From Escherichia coli (lineage in GTDB: Bacteria; Pseudomonadota; Gammaproteobacteria; Enterobacterales; Enterobacteriaceae), in the NCBI RefSeq assembly GCF_003334305.1, contig NZ_QOWS01000007.1: 64,000 nt of DNA; one strand, given 5' to 3'. Numbering within the stretch: the first letter of the stretch is position 1; every line of letters begins with the position of its first letter. A program made the position numbers and the translations under genes. This document shows, piece by piece, positions 52,737-62,905 of the stretch. A model generated the notes under the pieces. It was given only the letters and a program-made list of their open reading frames with translations. It ran no database searches and was not told the origin of the DNA.

Positions 52737-52835
52737 GCCTGATGCGCTACGCTTATCAGGCCTACGTGGCTCATGCAATATATTGAATTTGCACGATCTT
52801 GTAGGCCGGATAAGGCGTTCACGCCGCATCCGGCA
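52737..52835. repeat. BIME (two inverted REP units) downstream of srmB
   Basis: gcctgatgcgctacgcttatcaggcctac ... gtaggccggataaggcgttcacgccgcatccggca. Confidence 0.8.
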
Positions 52836-52892
52836 TGAATAAAGCGCACTTTGTCGACAAGTTAAATGCCGGGTTTAATCCCGACATTATTT

Positions 52893-53774
52893 TTATCCAG
52901 CCACAAAACTCTCTTCAACACACTGAATAAAAGTGTGCATCGCCGGGCTAACCGCTTTTCCAGCATGGTGTGCGCACATGGCCGTAATGGTCTGCGACTG
53001 TTCGCCAAAAGGCAATTCAATTAATTCTCCGCTCTCAAGCTCTTTTTCCACCGCAAAGCGGGGCAAGTAACTGACACCGATATTCGCCGCGACACAACGT
53101 TTGATACTTTCAATGCTTAACAGCTCAATGGTGTTTTCCACCGTGATCCGCCGCTGACGCAGCGTGCTCTCAAATATCTGCCGGAAGACACATTGCGGTT
53201 CGTTGATAATAAAGCTACAGGCGTTATGTCTTCCCGGCTCAGTAAAATCGACATCTGCAATTTGCGGTGAAGCCACCAGCACCAGCGATTGTTCACCCAA
53301 CTCTCGTCGGTTCAGGGCATCATCATTCCCTACGCGATAAAAGACGCCGACATCGGCCTCATCATTCAGTAGCGCATCACGGATCACGTAACAGTTCAGC
53401 GACTGCAACGATAAACGCACTTTTGGTGCGCGTTGCCGAAAACGCTGCAACACCTGCGGCATTCGGTAAGAGAGCAACGTTTCGCCCGAAACAACGCGTA
53501 GTTCCCCGTCCGGATCTGACTCCTTTTTGGCAGCCTCACGAAGCGTATCCATCACTCGGGTAAGTTCATAAATGTGCGGCAGCAACTTTTTTCCTTCGCG
53601 GGTAAGGCACATCCGTCGGCCAATTTTCTCAAATAACTGGACTGAAAACTCCTGCTCAAGCTGCTGAATATGAAAAGTCACCGTCGATTGTGTACAGCAC
53701 AATTTTTGCGAAGCTCGCAAAAAGGAACCCTCTTCCACCACGGTTTTAAGCGTAATAAAACGGCGCAGATCCAT
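52893..53774 (-). CDS. yfiE: LysR-family transcriptional regulator YfiE, 293 aa
   Basis: ORF track 52893..53819; start set to ATG at 53772-53774 (MDLRRFITLKTVVEEGSF...). Confidence 0.8.
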   Translation of the reverse strand: MDLRRFITLKTVVEEGSFLRASQKLCCTQSTVTFHIQQLEQEFSVQLFEKIGRRMCLTREGKKLLPHIYELTRVMDTLREAAKKESDPDGELRVVSGETLLSYRMPQVLQRFRQRAPKVRLSLQSLNCYVIRDALLNDEADVGVFYRVGNDDALNRRELGEQSLVLVASPQIADVDFTEPGRHNACSFIINEPQCVFRQIFESTLRQRRITVENTIELLSIESIKRCVAANIGVSYLPRFAVEKELESGELIELPFGEQSQTITAMCAHHAGKAVSPAMHTFIQCVEESFVAG

Positions 53775-53876
53775 AACCCCAAACCTATCGAAAATATCGA
53801 ATCTAGAATATAAAAACATTCATTTTTTTAAATGTTCCGTGTCGGGTACTGTCTACCAAAACAGAGGAGATAACAA

Positions 53877-54464
53877 GTGACACCGACCCTTTTAAGTGCT
53901 TTTTGGACTTACACCCTGATTACCGCTATGACGCCAGGACCGAACAATATTCTCGCCCTTAGCTCTGCTACGTCGCATGGATTTCGTCAAAGTACCCGCG
54001 TGCTGGCAGGGATGAGTCTGGGATTTTTGATTGTGATGTTACTGTGTGCGGGCATTTCATTTTCACTGGCAGTGATTGACCCGGCAGCGGTACACCTTTT
54101 GAGTTGGGCGGGGGCGGCATATATTGTCTGGCTGGCGTGGAAAATCGCCACCAGCCCAACAAAGGAAGACGGACTTCAGGCAAAACCAATCAGCTTTTGG
54201 GCCAGCTTTGCTTTGCAGTTTGTGAACGTCAAAATCATTTTGTACGGTGTTACGGCACTGTCGACGTTTGTTCTGCCGCAAACACAGGCGCTAAGCTGGG
54301 TAGTTGGCGTCAGCGTTTTGCTGGCGATGATTGGGACGTTTGGCAATGTGTGCTGGGCGCTGGCGGGGCATCTGTTTCAGCGATTGTTTCGCCAGTATGG
54401 TCGCCAGTTAAATATCGTGCTTGCCCTGTTGCTGGTCTATTGCGCGGTACGCATTTTCTATTAA
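53877..54464 (+). CDS. eamB: Cysteine/O-acetylserine efflux protein EamB (YfiK), LysE family, 195 aa
   Basis: ORF track 53877..54464; hydrophobic LysE/RhtB-type protein. Confidence 0.9.
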   Translation: MTPTLLSAFWTYTLITAMTPGPNNILALSSATSHGFRQSTRVLAGMSLGFLIVMLLCAGISFSLAVIDPAAVHLLSWAGAAYIVWLAWKIATSPTKEDGLQAKPISFWASFALQFVNVKIILYGVTALSTFVLPQTQALSWVVGVSVLLAMIGTFGNVCWALAGHLFQRLFRQYGRQLNIVLALLLVYCAVRIFY

Positions 54465-54465
54465 C

Positions 54466-54499
54466 GAAAAAAAGCGGAAGAGGTCGCCCTCTTCCGCTT
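54466..54499. terminator. Bidirectional rho-independent terminator between eamB and grcA
   Basis: A-tract then hairpin aagcggaagagg-tcg-ccctcttccgctt. Confidence 0.8.
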
Positions 54500-54519
54500 A
54501 GTAACTTGCTACTTAAGCC

Positions 54520-54903
54520 TTACAGGCTTTCAGTAAAGGTACGAGCGATAACGTCGCGCTGCTGTTCCGGAGTCAGAGAGTTAAAGCGAACTGCATAACC
54601 GGATACACGGATGGTCAGCTGCGGATATTTTTCCGGATGCTTAACTGCATCTTCCAGAGTTTCACGACGCAGAACGTTAACGTTCAGGTGTTGACCACCT
54701 TCAACGCGAACTTCTGGTTTCACTTCTACTGGAACTTCACGGTATTCAATGTCACCCAGTTTGCTTACTGCAACCACTTCATCTTCTGCATAACCTGCTT
54801 TTGCAACGATGCAACGTGCTTCGCCTTTTTCGCTGTCCAGCAGCCAGAAAGAGTTCAGCAGATCGTCGTTAGCGGCTTTAGTAATCTGGATACCTGTAAT
54901 CAT
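54520..54903 (-). CDS. grcA: Autonomous glycyl radical cofactor GrcA (YfiD), 127 aa
   Basis: ORF track 54520..54921; start set to ATG 54901-54903 ([16 protein letters not shown]...); C-terminal glycyl-radical motif RVSGY. Confidence 0.93.
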
Positions 54904-55010
54904 GTGATGCCTCCCCGGCAAAATTATTTGATTTGTTCAGCCTGTCGCGGCCAATTGGTAAAACCATTGTTGCTTGAGTGTATATATACTCCTCAACCAC
55001 CCTTGATTCT

Positions 55011-55024
55011 TTGATTTAAATCAA
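55011..55024 (-). promoter_or_regulatory. FNR binding site (promoter-proximal) in grcA promoter
   Basis: ttgatttaaatcaa = perfect TTGAT-N4-ATCAA FNR consensus. Confidence 0.8.
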
Positions 55025-55063
55025 TAAAAACCACACATCGATTGTGGTCGTAAATGGATTTTA

Positions 55064-55077
55064 TTGTTTTACATCAA
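55064..55077 (-). promoter_or_regulatory. Second FNR-like site (promoter-distal) in grcA promoter
   Basis: ttgttttacatcaa, near-consensus FNR site centred 53 bp from the first, consistent with the remembered -40.5/-93.5 arrangement. Confidence 0.65.
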
Positions 55078-55207
55078 CTTATGCGGGTGTGAAATTTTAC
55101 CAATTTACATTTTTTTGCACTCGTTTAAGTCTAAAAAATGAGCATGATTTTGTTCTGTAGAAAGAAGCAGTTAAGCTAGGCGGATTGAAGATTCGCAGGA
55201 GAGCGAG

Positions 55208-55897
55208 ATGGCTAACGAATTAACCTGGCATGACGTGCTGGCTGAAGAGAAGCAACAACCTTATTTTCTTAATACCCTTCAGACCGTCGCCAGCGAGCGG
55301 CAGTCCGGCGTCACTATCTATCCACCACAAAAAGATGTCTTTAACGCGTTCCGCTTTACCGAGTTGGGTGACGTTAAAGTGGTGATTCTCGGCCAGGATC
55401 CTTATCACGGACCGGGACAGGCGCATGGTCTGGCATTTTCCGTTCGTCCCGGCATTGCCATTCCTCCGTCATTATTGAATATGTATAAAGAGCTGGAAAA
55501 TACTATTCCGGGCTTCACCCGCCCTAATCATGGCTATCTCGAAAGCTGGGCGCGTCAGGGCGTTCTGCTGCTCAATACTGTGTTGACGGTTCGCGCAGGT
55601 CAGGCGCATTCCCACGCCAGCCTCGGTTGGGAGACGTTTACTGATAAAGTCATCAGCCTGATTAACCAGCACCGCGAAGGCGTGGTGTTTTTGTTGTGGG
55701 GATCACATGCGCAAAAGAAAGGGGCGATTATAGATAAGCAACGCCATCATGTACTGAAAGCACCGCATCCGTCGCCGCTTTCGGCGCATCGTGGATTCTT
55801 TGGCTGCAACCATTTTGTGCTGGCAAATCAGTGGCTGGAACAACGTGGCGAGACGCCGATTGACTGGATGCCAGTATTACCGGCAGAGAGTGAGTAA
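55208..55897 (+). CDS. ung: Uracil-DNA glycosylase Ung, 229 aa
   Basis: ORF track 55208..55897; motifs GQDPYH and HPSPLS. Confidence 0.97.
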
Positions 55898-55944
55898 ATT
55901 TGCGGTAAAATGCCGGATGGCAGAGTTGCCACCCGGCTGATTTA

Positions 55945-56982
55945 TCAGGCTTTATTCTGACGCCACCATTCACCAAGCAAAACGCCGGTTGCAACAGAGA
56001 TATTCAGCCCGGCAACGTTGCCCGTACCGTCAATCTTCACGCGCAGATCGTTCGGATCGCGTGCGGCATCCGGTAACCCTTCATATTCCTGACCCAGCAC
56101 CAGTACCATTTTCGCTGGCAGACTGGTTTTGAACAGCGGTTTCCCCTGCTCGCTGGAAGTGGTCACTACGGTGTAACCTGCCTGACGGAAATCATCCAAC
56201 ACGTTAACAATGTTGTCGCCAGTAATCGGCTGAACGTGCTCTGCGCCGCCTTCTGCGGTACGGATAGCCGCCCCCGACTCCAGCAGTGCCGCATCCTGCA
56301 CCACAACGCCTTTCACGCCGAAGTGCGCGCAGCTGCGCATCATGCCACCCAGGTTATGCGGGTTAGATTCGTTTTCCAGCGCCAGTACACAATCCTGCGC
56401 GCCTGCCTGGCTTACCCACTGCTGCACGGTTGTGCCATTACGCTTTTTGATCAGGAAGCAAACGCCGCCGTGATGTTCCGTGCCTGACGCTTTTGTCAAT
56501 TCCGCTTCATCCACCACATGGTACGCTTTGCGGTTTGCTGCCATCCAGCGCAAGGCTTCTTTAAAACGCGGCGTTACACTCTGGATAAACCAGGCGCGAA
56601 CAATCGCTTCCGGACGGCTCTGGAAAAGTGCCTGACATGCATTTTCGCCGTAGACGCGGGTTTCTTCCGCACGCTGACGACGCAACACTTCCGGATCAAT
56701 AAAACTTTTACCACTGATGCCACCGTGATCGGCCTTTTCCGGCGTCTCATCACCCGGCGCGCGGGAAACCGTGCGCCACGGCGAATCTTCCCACTTGCGG
56801 TCACGGGGCTGACTCTGTTTGTCATCGCGGGCGGGGCGACGGCCACCGTCAGCACGAGATTTTCCTGGACGCCCGCCCCCTTTCCCGGTACGCGGGTTGT
56901 GGGTACGTTTATCAGAATCATCATCACTGCGGACATACATCACTTTGACCTTGCCGCTTTTACCTTTCATTTCATCGTTCAT
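55945..56982 (-). CDS. yfiF: Putative SpoU-family RNA 2'-O-methyltransferase YfiF with basic N-terminal extension, 345 aa
   Basis: ORF track 55945..57057; start set to ATG 56980-56982 ([14 protein letters not shown]...). Confidence 0.8.
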
Positions 56983-57188
56983 GCTTTTCTCCACCAGCGC
57001 TGCGCGAAGCGCGCAGATTACCCGAAGTCCGCGCGGTTCGCCATGATTTCGTACCAAAGCCTGCGACTATCATACCTATTGAATAAAACAGATTGTTGTC
57101 TGGAACAATGTCCCCGATAATATGTAACATATTAGAAACATACCGGCGTCGTTGCCGATAAGTCTCCTTACTCATCCCGAGGTTAGTT

Positions 57189-57608
57189 ATGAATACCGTT
57201 TGTACCCATTGTCAGGCCATCAATCGCATTCCCGACGATCGGATCGAAGATGCGGCAAAATGCGGACGCTGCGGTCACGACTTGTTTGACGGAGAGGTGA
57301 TTAATGCGACCGGTGAAACACTCGACAAATTGCTGAAGGATGATCTACCTGTGGTGATCGACTTCTGGGCACCGTGGTGCGGCCCCTGCCGTAATTTCGC
57401 ACCAATTTTTGAAGATGTCGCGCAAGAGCGTAGCGGTAAAGTGCGCTTTGTGAAAGTGAATACCGAAGCTGAACGTGAATTGAGCAGTCGCTTTGGAATT
57501 CGTAGTATACCGACGATCATGATTTTCAAAAACGGTCAGGTTGTCGACATGCTTAATGGCGCAGTACCGAAAGCGCCGTTCGATAGCTGGCTGAACGAAT
57601 CTCTTTAA
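57189..57608 (+). CDS. trxC: Thioredoxin 2 (TrxC) with N-terminal zinc-finger Cys cluster, 139 aa
   Basis: ORF track 57189..57608; CxxC...CxxC N-terminal and WCGPC active site. Confidence 0.95.
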
Positions 57609-57613
57609 TCTTA

Positions 57614-57640
57614 CCGGGGCGCATCTTGTGCCCCGTTTTC
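57614..57640 (+). terminator. Hairpin terminator/attenuator after trxC
   Basis: cggggcgca-tctt-gtgccccg followed by TTTTCTCCTC. Confidence 0.6.
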
Positions 57641-57676
57641 TCCTCTGCGACAATGGCGTTTTTTCGACGCTCTCTT

Positions 57677-58375
57677 ATGACCGAAAACGCTGTTCTCCAG
57701 TTACGCGCCGAGCGTATTGCGCGCGCAACACGTCCTTTTCTTGCCCGCGGTAATCGCGTTCGTCGCTGCCAACGCTGTCTTTTGCCAGAGAAATTATGTC
57801 TCTGTTCGACAATTACCCCAGCACAAGCAAAAAGTCGCTTCTGTTTGCTGATGTTCGACACCGAGCCAATGAAGCCCAGTAATACCGGGCGTCTGATTGC
57901 TGATATTTTGCCTGATACCGTTGCGTTTCAATGGTCGCGTACCGAACCCTCGCAGGATTTGCTGGATCTGGTACAAAACCCGGATTATCAGCCAATGGTG
58001 GTCTTTCCCGCCTCGTATGCTGATGAGCAACGGGAAGTGATCTTCACACCACCTGCCGGTAAGCCACCGCTGTTTATCATGCTCGATGGTACCTGGCCAG
58101 AAGCTCGCAAGATGTTTCGTAAAAGTCCGTATCTGGATAATCTTCCCGTCATTTCCGTCGATCTTTCCCGGCTTTCTGCCTATCGCCTGCGTGAAGCCCA
58201 GGCTGAAGGCCAATATTGTACTGCCGAGGTAGCCATCGCACTGTTAGATATGGCCGGCGATACTGGAGCGGCTGCAGGGTTAGGCGAGCATTTTACCCGC
58301 TTTAAAACACGCTATCTGGCAGGAAAAACGCAACATCTGGGTAGCATCACAGCAGAACAGTTAGAAAGCGTTTAA
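57677..58375 (+). CDS. tapT: DTW-domain tRNA-uridine aminocarboxypropyltransferase TapT (YfiP), 232 aa
   Basis: ORF track 57626..58375; start set to ATG 57677 (MTENAVLQLRAERIARA...); Cys cluster CQRCLLPEKLCLC and DGTW motif. Confidence 0.8.
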   Translation: MTENAVLQLRAERIARATRPFLARGNRVRRCQRCLLPEKLCLCSTITPAQAKSRFCLLMFDTEPMKPSNTGRLIADILPDTVAFQWSRTEPSQDLLDLVQNPDYQPMVVFPASYADEQREVIFTPPAGKPPLFIMLDGTWPEARKMFRKSPYLDNLPVISVDLSRLSAYRLREAQAEGQYCTAEVAIALLDMAGDTGAAAGLGEHFTRFKTRYLAGKTQHLGSITAEQLESV

Positions 58376-58406
58376 AATCATTCGGTCACTTCTGCGGGAG
58401 ACCGGT

Positions 58407-61067
58407 ATGAGTCAGCGAGGACTGGAAGCACTACTGCGACCAAAATCGATTGCGGTAATTGGCGCATCGATGAAACCCAATCGCGCAGGTTACCTGATGA
58501 TGCGTAACCTGCTGGCGGGAGGCTTTAACGGACCGGTACTCCCGGTGACGCCAGCCTGGAAAGCGGTGTTGGGTGTGTTGGCCTGGCCGGATATTGCCAG
58601 CTTGCCCTTTACACCCGACCTTGCGGTTTTATGTACTAATGCCAGCCGTAATCTTGCTCTTCTGGAAGAGCTCGGCGAGAAAGGCTGTAAAACCTGCATT
58701 ATTCTTTCCGCCCCGGCATCGCAACACGAAGATCTCCGCGCCTGCGCCCTGCGCCATAACATGCGCCTGCTTGGACCAAACAGTCTGGGTTTACTGGCTC
58801 CCTGGCAAGGTCTGAATGCCAGCTTTTCGCCTGTGCCGATTAAACGCGGCAAGCTGGCGTTTATTTCGCAATCGGCTGCCGTCTCCAACACCATCCTCGA
58901 CTGGGCGCAACAGCGTAAGATGGGCTTTTCCTACTTTATTGCGCTCGGCGACAGCCTGGATATCGACGTTGATGAATTGCTTGACTATCTGGCACGCGAC
59001 AGTAAAACCAGCGCCATCCTGCTCTATCTCGAACAGTTAAGCGACGCGCGACGCTTTGTTTCGGCGGCCCGTAGTGCCTCTCGCAACAAACCGATTCTGG
59101 TGATTAAAAGCGGACGTAGCCCGGCGGCTCAACGTCTGTTGAACACCACGGCAGGAATGGATCCGGCGTGGGATGCGGCTATTCAGCGTGCCGGTTTGTT
59201 GCGGGTACAGGACACCCACGAACTGTTTTCGGCGGTGGAAACCCTTAGCCATATGCGCCCGCTGCGTGGCGACCGGTTGATGATTATCAGCAACGGTGCT
59301 GCGCCTGCCGCGCTGGCGCTTGATGCCTTATGGTCACGCAATGGCAAGCTGGCAACACTAAGCGAAGAAACCTGCCAGAAACTGCGCGATGCACTGCCAG
59401 GACATGTGGCAATCTCTAACCCGCTCGATCTGCGCGATGACGCCAGCAGTGAGCACTATATTAAAACGCTGGACATTCTGCTCCACAGCCAGGATTTTGA
59501 TGCGCTGATGGTTATTCATTCGCCCAGCGCCGCTGCTCCCGCAACAGAAAGCGCGCAAGTATTAATTGAAGCGGTAAAGCATCATCCCCGCAGCAAGTAT
59601 GTTTCTCTGCTGACGAACTGGTGTGGCGAACATTCCTCGCAAGAGGCACGACGATTATTCAGCGAAGCCGGGCTGCCGACCTACCGTACCCCGGAAGGAA
59701 CCATCACTGCTTTTATGCATATGGTGGAGTACCGGCGTAATCAGAAGCAACTACGCGAAACGCCGGCGTTGCCCAGCAATCTGACCTCCAATACCGCAGA
59801 AGCGCATCTTCTGTTGCAACAGGCGATTGCCGAAGGAGCAACGTCACTCGATACCCATGAAGTTCAGCCTATCCTGCAAGCATATGGCATGAACACGCTC
59901 CCCACCTGGATTGCCAGCGATAGCACCGAAGCGGTGCATATTGCCGAACAGATTGGTTATCCGGTGGCGCTGAAATTGCGTTCGCCGGATATTCCACATA
60001 AATCGGAAGTTCAGGGCGTCATGCTCTACCTGCGTACAGCCAATGAAGTCCAGCAAGCGGCAAACGCCATTTTCGATCGCGTAAAAATGGCCTGGCCGCA
60101 GGCACGGGTCCACGGCCTGTTGGTGCAAAGTATGGCTAACCGTGCTGGTGCTCAGGAGTTGCGGGTTGTGGTTGAGCACGATCCGGTTTTCGGGCCGTTG
60201 ATCATGCTGGGCGAAGGCGGTGTGGAGTGGCGTCCTGAAGATCAAGCCGTCGTCGCGTTACCGCCGCTGAACATGAACCTGGCCCGCTATCTGGTTATTC
60301 AGGGGATCAAAAGTAAAAAGATTCGTGCACGCAGTGCGCTACGCCCATTGGATGTTGCAGGCTTGAGCCAGCTTCTGGTGCAGGTTTCCAACTTGATTGT
60401 CGATTGCCCGGAAATTCAGCGTCTGGATATTCATCCTTTGCTGGCTTCTGGCAGTGAATTTACCGCGCTGGATGTCACGCTGGATATCTCGCCGTTTGAA
60501 GGCGATAACGAGAGTCGGCTGGCAGTGCGCCCTTATCCGCATCAGCTGGAAGAATGGGTAGAATTGAAAAACGGTGAACGCTGCTTGTTCCGCCCGATTT
60601 TGCCAGAAGATGAGCCACAACTTCAGCAATTCATTTCGCGAGTCACCAAAGAAGATCTTTATTACCGCTACTTTAGCGAGATCAACGAATTTACCCATGA
60701 AGATTTAGCCAACATGACACAGATCGACTACGATCGGGAAATGGCGTTTGTAGCGGTACGACGTATTGATCAAACGGAAGAGATCCTCGGCGTCACGCGT
60801 GCGATTTCCGATCCTGATAACATCGATGCCGAATTTGCTGTGCTGGTTCGCTCGGATCTCAAAGGGTTAGGCTTAGGTCGACGCTTAATGGAAAAGTTGA
60901 TTACCTATACGCGAGATCACGGACTACAACGTCTGAATGGTATTACGATGCCAAACAATCGTGGCATGGTGGCGCTAGCCCGCAAGCTCGGGTTTAACGT
61001 TGATATCCAGCTCGAAGAGGGGATCGTTGGGCTTACGCTAAATCTTGCCCAACGCGAGGAATCATGA
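58407..61067 (+). CDS. patZ: Protein lysine acetyltransferase PatZ/Pka (YfiQ), CoA-binding + ATP-grasp-like + GNAT domains, 886 aa
   Basis: ORF track 58407..61067; recognised YfiQ architecture. Confidence 0.9.
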   Translation: MSQRGLEALLRPKSIAVIGASMKPNRAGYLMMRNLLAGGFNGPVLPVTPAWKAVLGVLAWPDIASLPFTPDLAVLCTNASRNLALLEELGEKGCKTCIILSAPASQHEDLRACALRHNMRLLGPNSLGLLAPWQGLNASFSPVPIKRGKLAFISQSAAVSNTILDWAQQRKMGFSYFIALGDSLDIDVDELLDYLARDSKTSAILLYLEQLSDARRFVSAARSASRNKPILVIKSGRSPAAQRLLNTTAGMDPAWDAAIQRAGLLRVQDTHELFSAVETLSHMRPLRGDRLMIISNGAAPAALALDALWSRNGKLATLSEETCQKLRDALPGHVAISNPLDLRDDASSEHYIKTLDILLHSQDFDALMVIHSPSAAAPATESAQVLIEAVKHHPRSKYVSLLTNWCGEHSSQEARRLFSEAGLPTYRTPEGTITAFMHMVEYRRNQKQLRETPALPSNLTSNTAEAHLLLQQAIAEGATSLDTHEVQPILQAYGMNTLPTWIASDSTEAVHIAEQIGYPVALKLRSPDIPHKSEVQGVMLYLRTANEVQQAANAIFDRVKMAWPQARVHGLLVQSMANRAGAQELRVVVEHDPVFGPLIMLGEGGVEWRPEDQAVVALPPLNMNLARYLVIQGIKSKKIRARSALRPLDVAGLSQLLVQVSNLIVDCPEIQRLDIHPLLASGSEFTALDVTLDISPFEGDNESRLAVRPYPHQLEEWVELKNGERCLFRPILPEDEPQLQQFISRVTKEDLYYRYFSEINEFTHEDLANMTQIDYDREMAFVAVRRIDQTEEILGVTRAISDPDNIDAEFAVLVRSDLKGLGLGRRLMEKLITYTRDHGLQRLNGITMPNNRGMVALARKLGFNVDIQLEEGIVGLTLNLAQREES

Positions 61068-61180
61068 GTAAGGTACTGGAAATGTTGACCACTTAATCGG
61101 GACTGGTGTTATTATTGCCCGCTTATGTCGTCTGCATTGCACAGAGGACCCTTCAATGAACAGAGAAGAAATGCACTGTG

Positions 61181-62536
61181 ATGTTGTCAAAATTTAAGCG
61201 TAATAAACATCAACAACACCTTGCCCAACTACCCAAGATTTCTCAATCAGTTGATGATGTCGATTTCTTTTACGCTCCCGCCGACTTCCGGGAGACGCTG
61301 CTGGAAAAAATAGCCAGCGCGAAGCAGCGCATTTGCATTGTCGCCCTGTATCTCGAACAGGATGACGGTGGCAAAGGCATTCTGAACGCGTTGTATGAAG
61401 CTAAAAGGCAGCGTCCGGAACTGGATGTGCGGGTGCTGGTCGACTGGCATCGTGCACAACGTGGACGCATTGGCGCTGCGGCATCTAACACTAACGCTGA
61501 CTGGTACTGCCGCATGGCGCAGGAAAATCCGGGCGTAGATGTTCCGGTTTATGGCGTTCCAATCAATACCCGTGAAGCCCTTGGTGTTCTGCACTTTAAA
61601 GGCTTTATCATCGACGATAGCGTACTTTATAGCGGTGCCAGCCTGAACGATGTTTACCTGCATCAGCACGATAAATATCGCTACGACCGTTATCATCTTA
61701 TCCGTAACCGTAAGATGTCAGACATTATGTTTGAATGGGTTACACAGAATATTATGAATGGCCGCGGCGTTAATCGTCTGGATGATGTTAATCGGCCAAA
61801 AAGCCCGGAAATCAAGAACGATATTCGTCTGTTCCGCCAGGAGCTGCGTGATGCCGCTTATCATTTCCAGGGCGATGCCGACAACGATCAGCTTTCCGTA
61901 ACGCCGCTAGTGGGGCTGGGGAAATCGAGTCTGTTGAACAAGACCATTTTCCATCTTATGCCTTGTGCCGAGCAGAAACTAACCATCTGTACGCCATACT
62001 TCAACCTGCCAGCAATCCTTGTGCGCAATATTATCCAGTTGCTGCGCGAAGGGAAAAAGGTCGAAATTATTGTTGGTGATAAAACCGCGAACGACTTCTA
62101 CATTCCGGAAGATGAACCTTTCAAGATAATTGGCGCATTGCCTTATCTCTATGAGATCAATCTGCGTCGTTTCCTGAGCCGTTTGCAGTATTACGTCAAT
62201 ACTGACCAGCTAGTGGTTCGGTTATGGAAAGATGACGACAACACCTATCACCTAAAAGGGATGTGGGTTGATGATAAGTGGATGTTGATCACCGGTAATA
62301 ACCTGAACCCGCGCGCCTGGCGTCTGGATCTGGAAAACGCCATTTTGATCCACGATCCACAACTGGAGCTTGCGCCGCAGCGAGAGAAAGAACTGGAGCT
62401 GATCCGCGAGCATACCACCATCGTTAAGCACTATCGCGATCTGCAAAGTATTGCCGATTATCCGGTGAAGGTTCGTAAACTCATCCGCCGTTTGCGCCGT
62501 ATCCGCATCGACCGATTAATTAGCCGCATCCTGTAA
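61181..62536 (+). CDS. pssA: CDP-diacylglycerol--serine O-phosphatidyltransferase (phosphatidylserine synthase) PssA, 451 aa
   Basis: ORF track 61178..62536 (GTG); ATG at 61181 used; two PLD-type HxK motifs. Confidence 0.93.
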   Translation: MLSKFKRNKHQQHLAQLPKISQSVDDVDFFYAPADFRETLLEKIASAKQRICIVALYLEQDDGGKGILNALYEAKRQRPELDVRVLVDWHRAQRGRIGAAASNTNADWYCRMAQENPGVDVPVYGVPINTREALGVLHFKGFIIDDSVLYSGASLNDVYLHQHDKYRYDRYHLIRNRKMSDIMFEWVTQNIMNGRGVNRLDDVNRPKSPEIKNDIRLFRQELRDAAYHFQGDADNDQLSVTPLVGLGKSSLLNKTIFHLMPCAEQKLTICTPYFNLPAILVRNIIQLLREGKKVEIIVGDKTANDFYIPEDEPFKIIGALPYLYEINLRRFLSRLQYYVNTDQLVVRLWKDDDNTYHLKGMWVDDKWMLITGNNLNPRAWRLDLENAILIHDPQLELAPQREKELELIREHTTIVKHYRDLQSIADYPVKVRKLIRRLRRIRIDRLISRIL

Positions 62537-62541
62537 TCACA

Positions 62542-62569
62542 ACCCCGTCCTGTACGGGGTTTGTTTTTT
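62542..62569 (+). terminator. Rho-independent terminator of pssA
   Basis: accccgt-cctgt-acggggt followed by TTTGTTTTTT. Confidence 0.75.
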
Positions 62570-62581
62570 GGAGGCCACGTT

Positions 62582-62905
62582 TTGCGTATTCTTTTTGTCT
62601 GTTCGCTATTGTTACTTTCTGGATGCAGCCATATGGCTAACGATAGCTGGAGCGGGCAGGATAAAGCTCAACACTTTATTGCCTCGGCGATGCTTTCCGC
62701 CGCCGGAAATGAATATTCACAGCATCAGGGGATGAGCCGGGATCGCAGTGCCATGTTTGGATTGATGTTCTCTGTCAGTTTGGGGGCGTCAAAAGAGCTT
62801 TGGGATAGCCGCCCCGAAGGGAGCGGCTGGAGCTGGAAGGATTTGGCCTGGGATGTCGCCGGTGCAAGCACCGGCTATACCGTCTGGCAACTGACCCGTC
62901 ACTAA
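62582..62905 (+). CDS. yfiM: Putative lipoprotein YfiM, about 107 aa; start uncertain (TTG at 62582 or TTG at 62561)
   Basis: ORF track 62561..62905; lipobox LLSGC; GGAGG RBS at 62570-62574 sits 7 nt upstream of TTG 62582. Confidence 0.6.
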
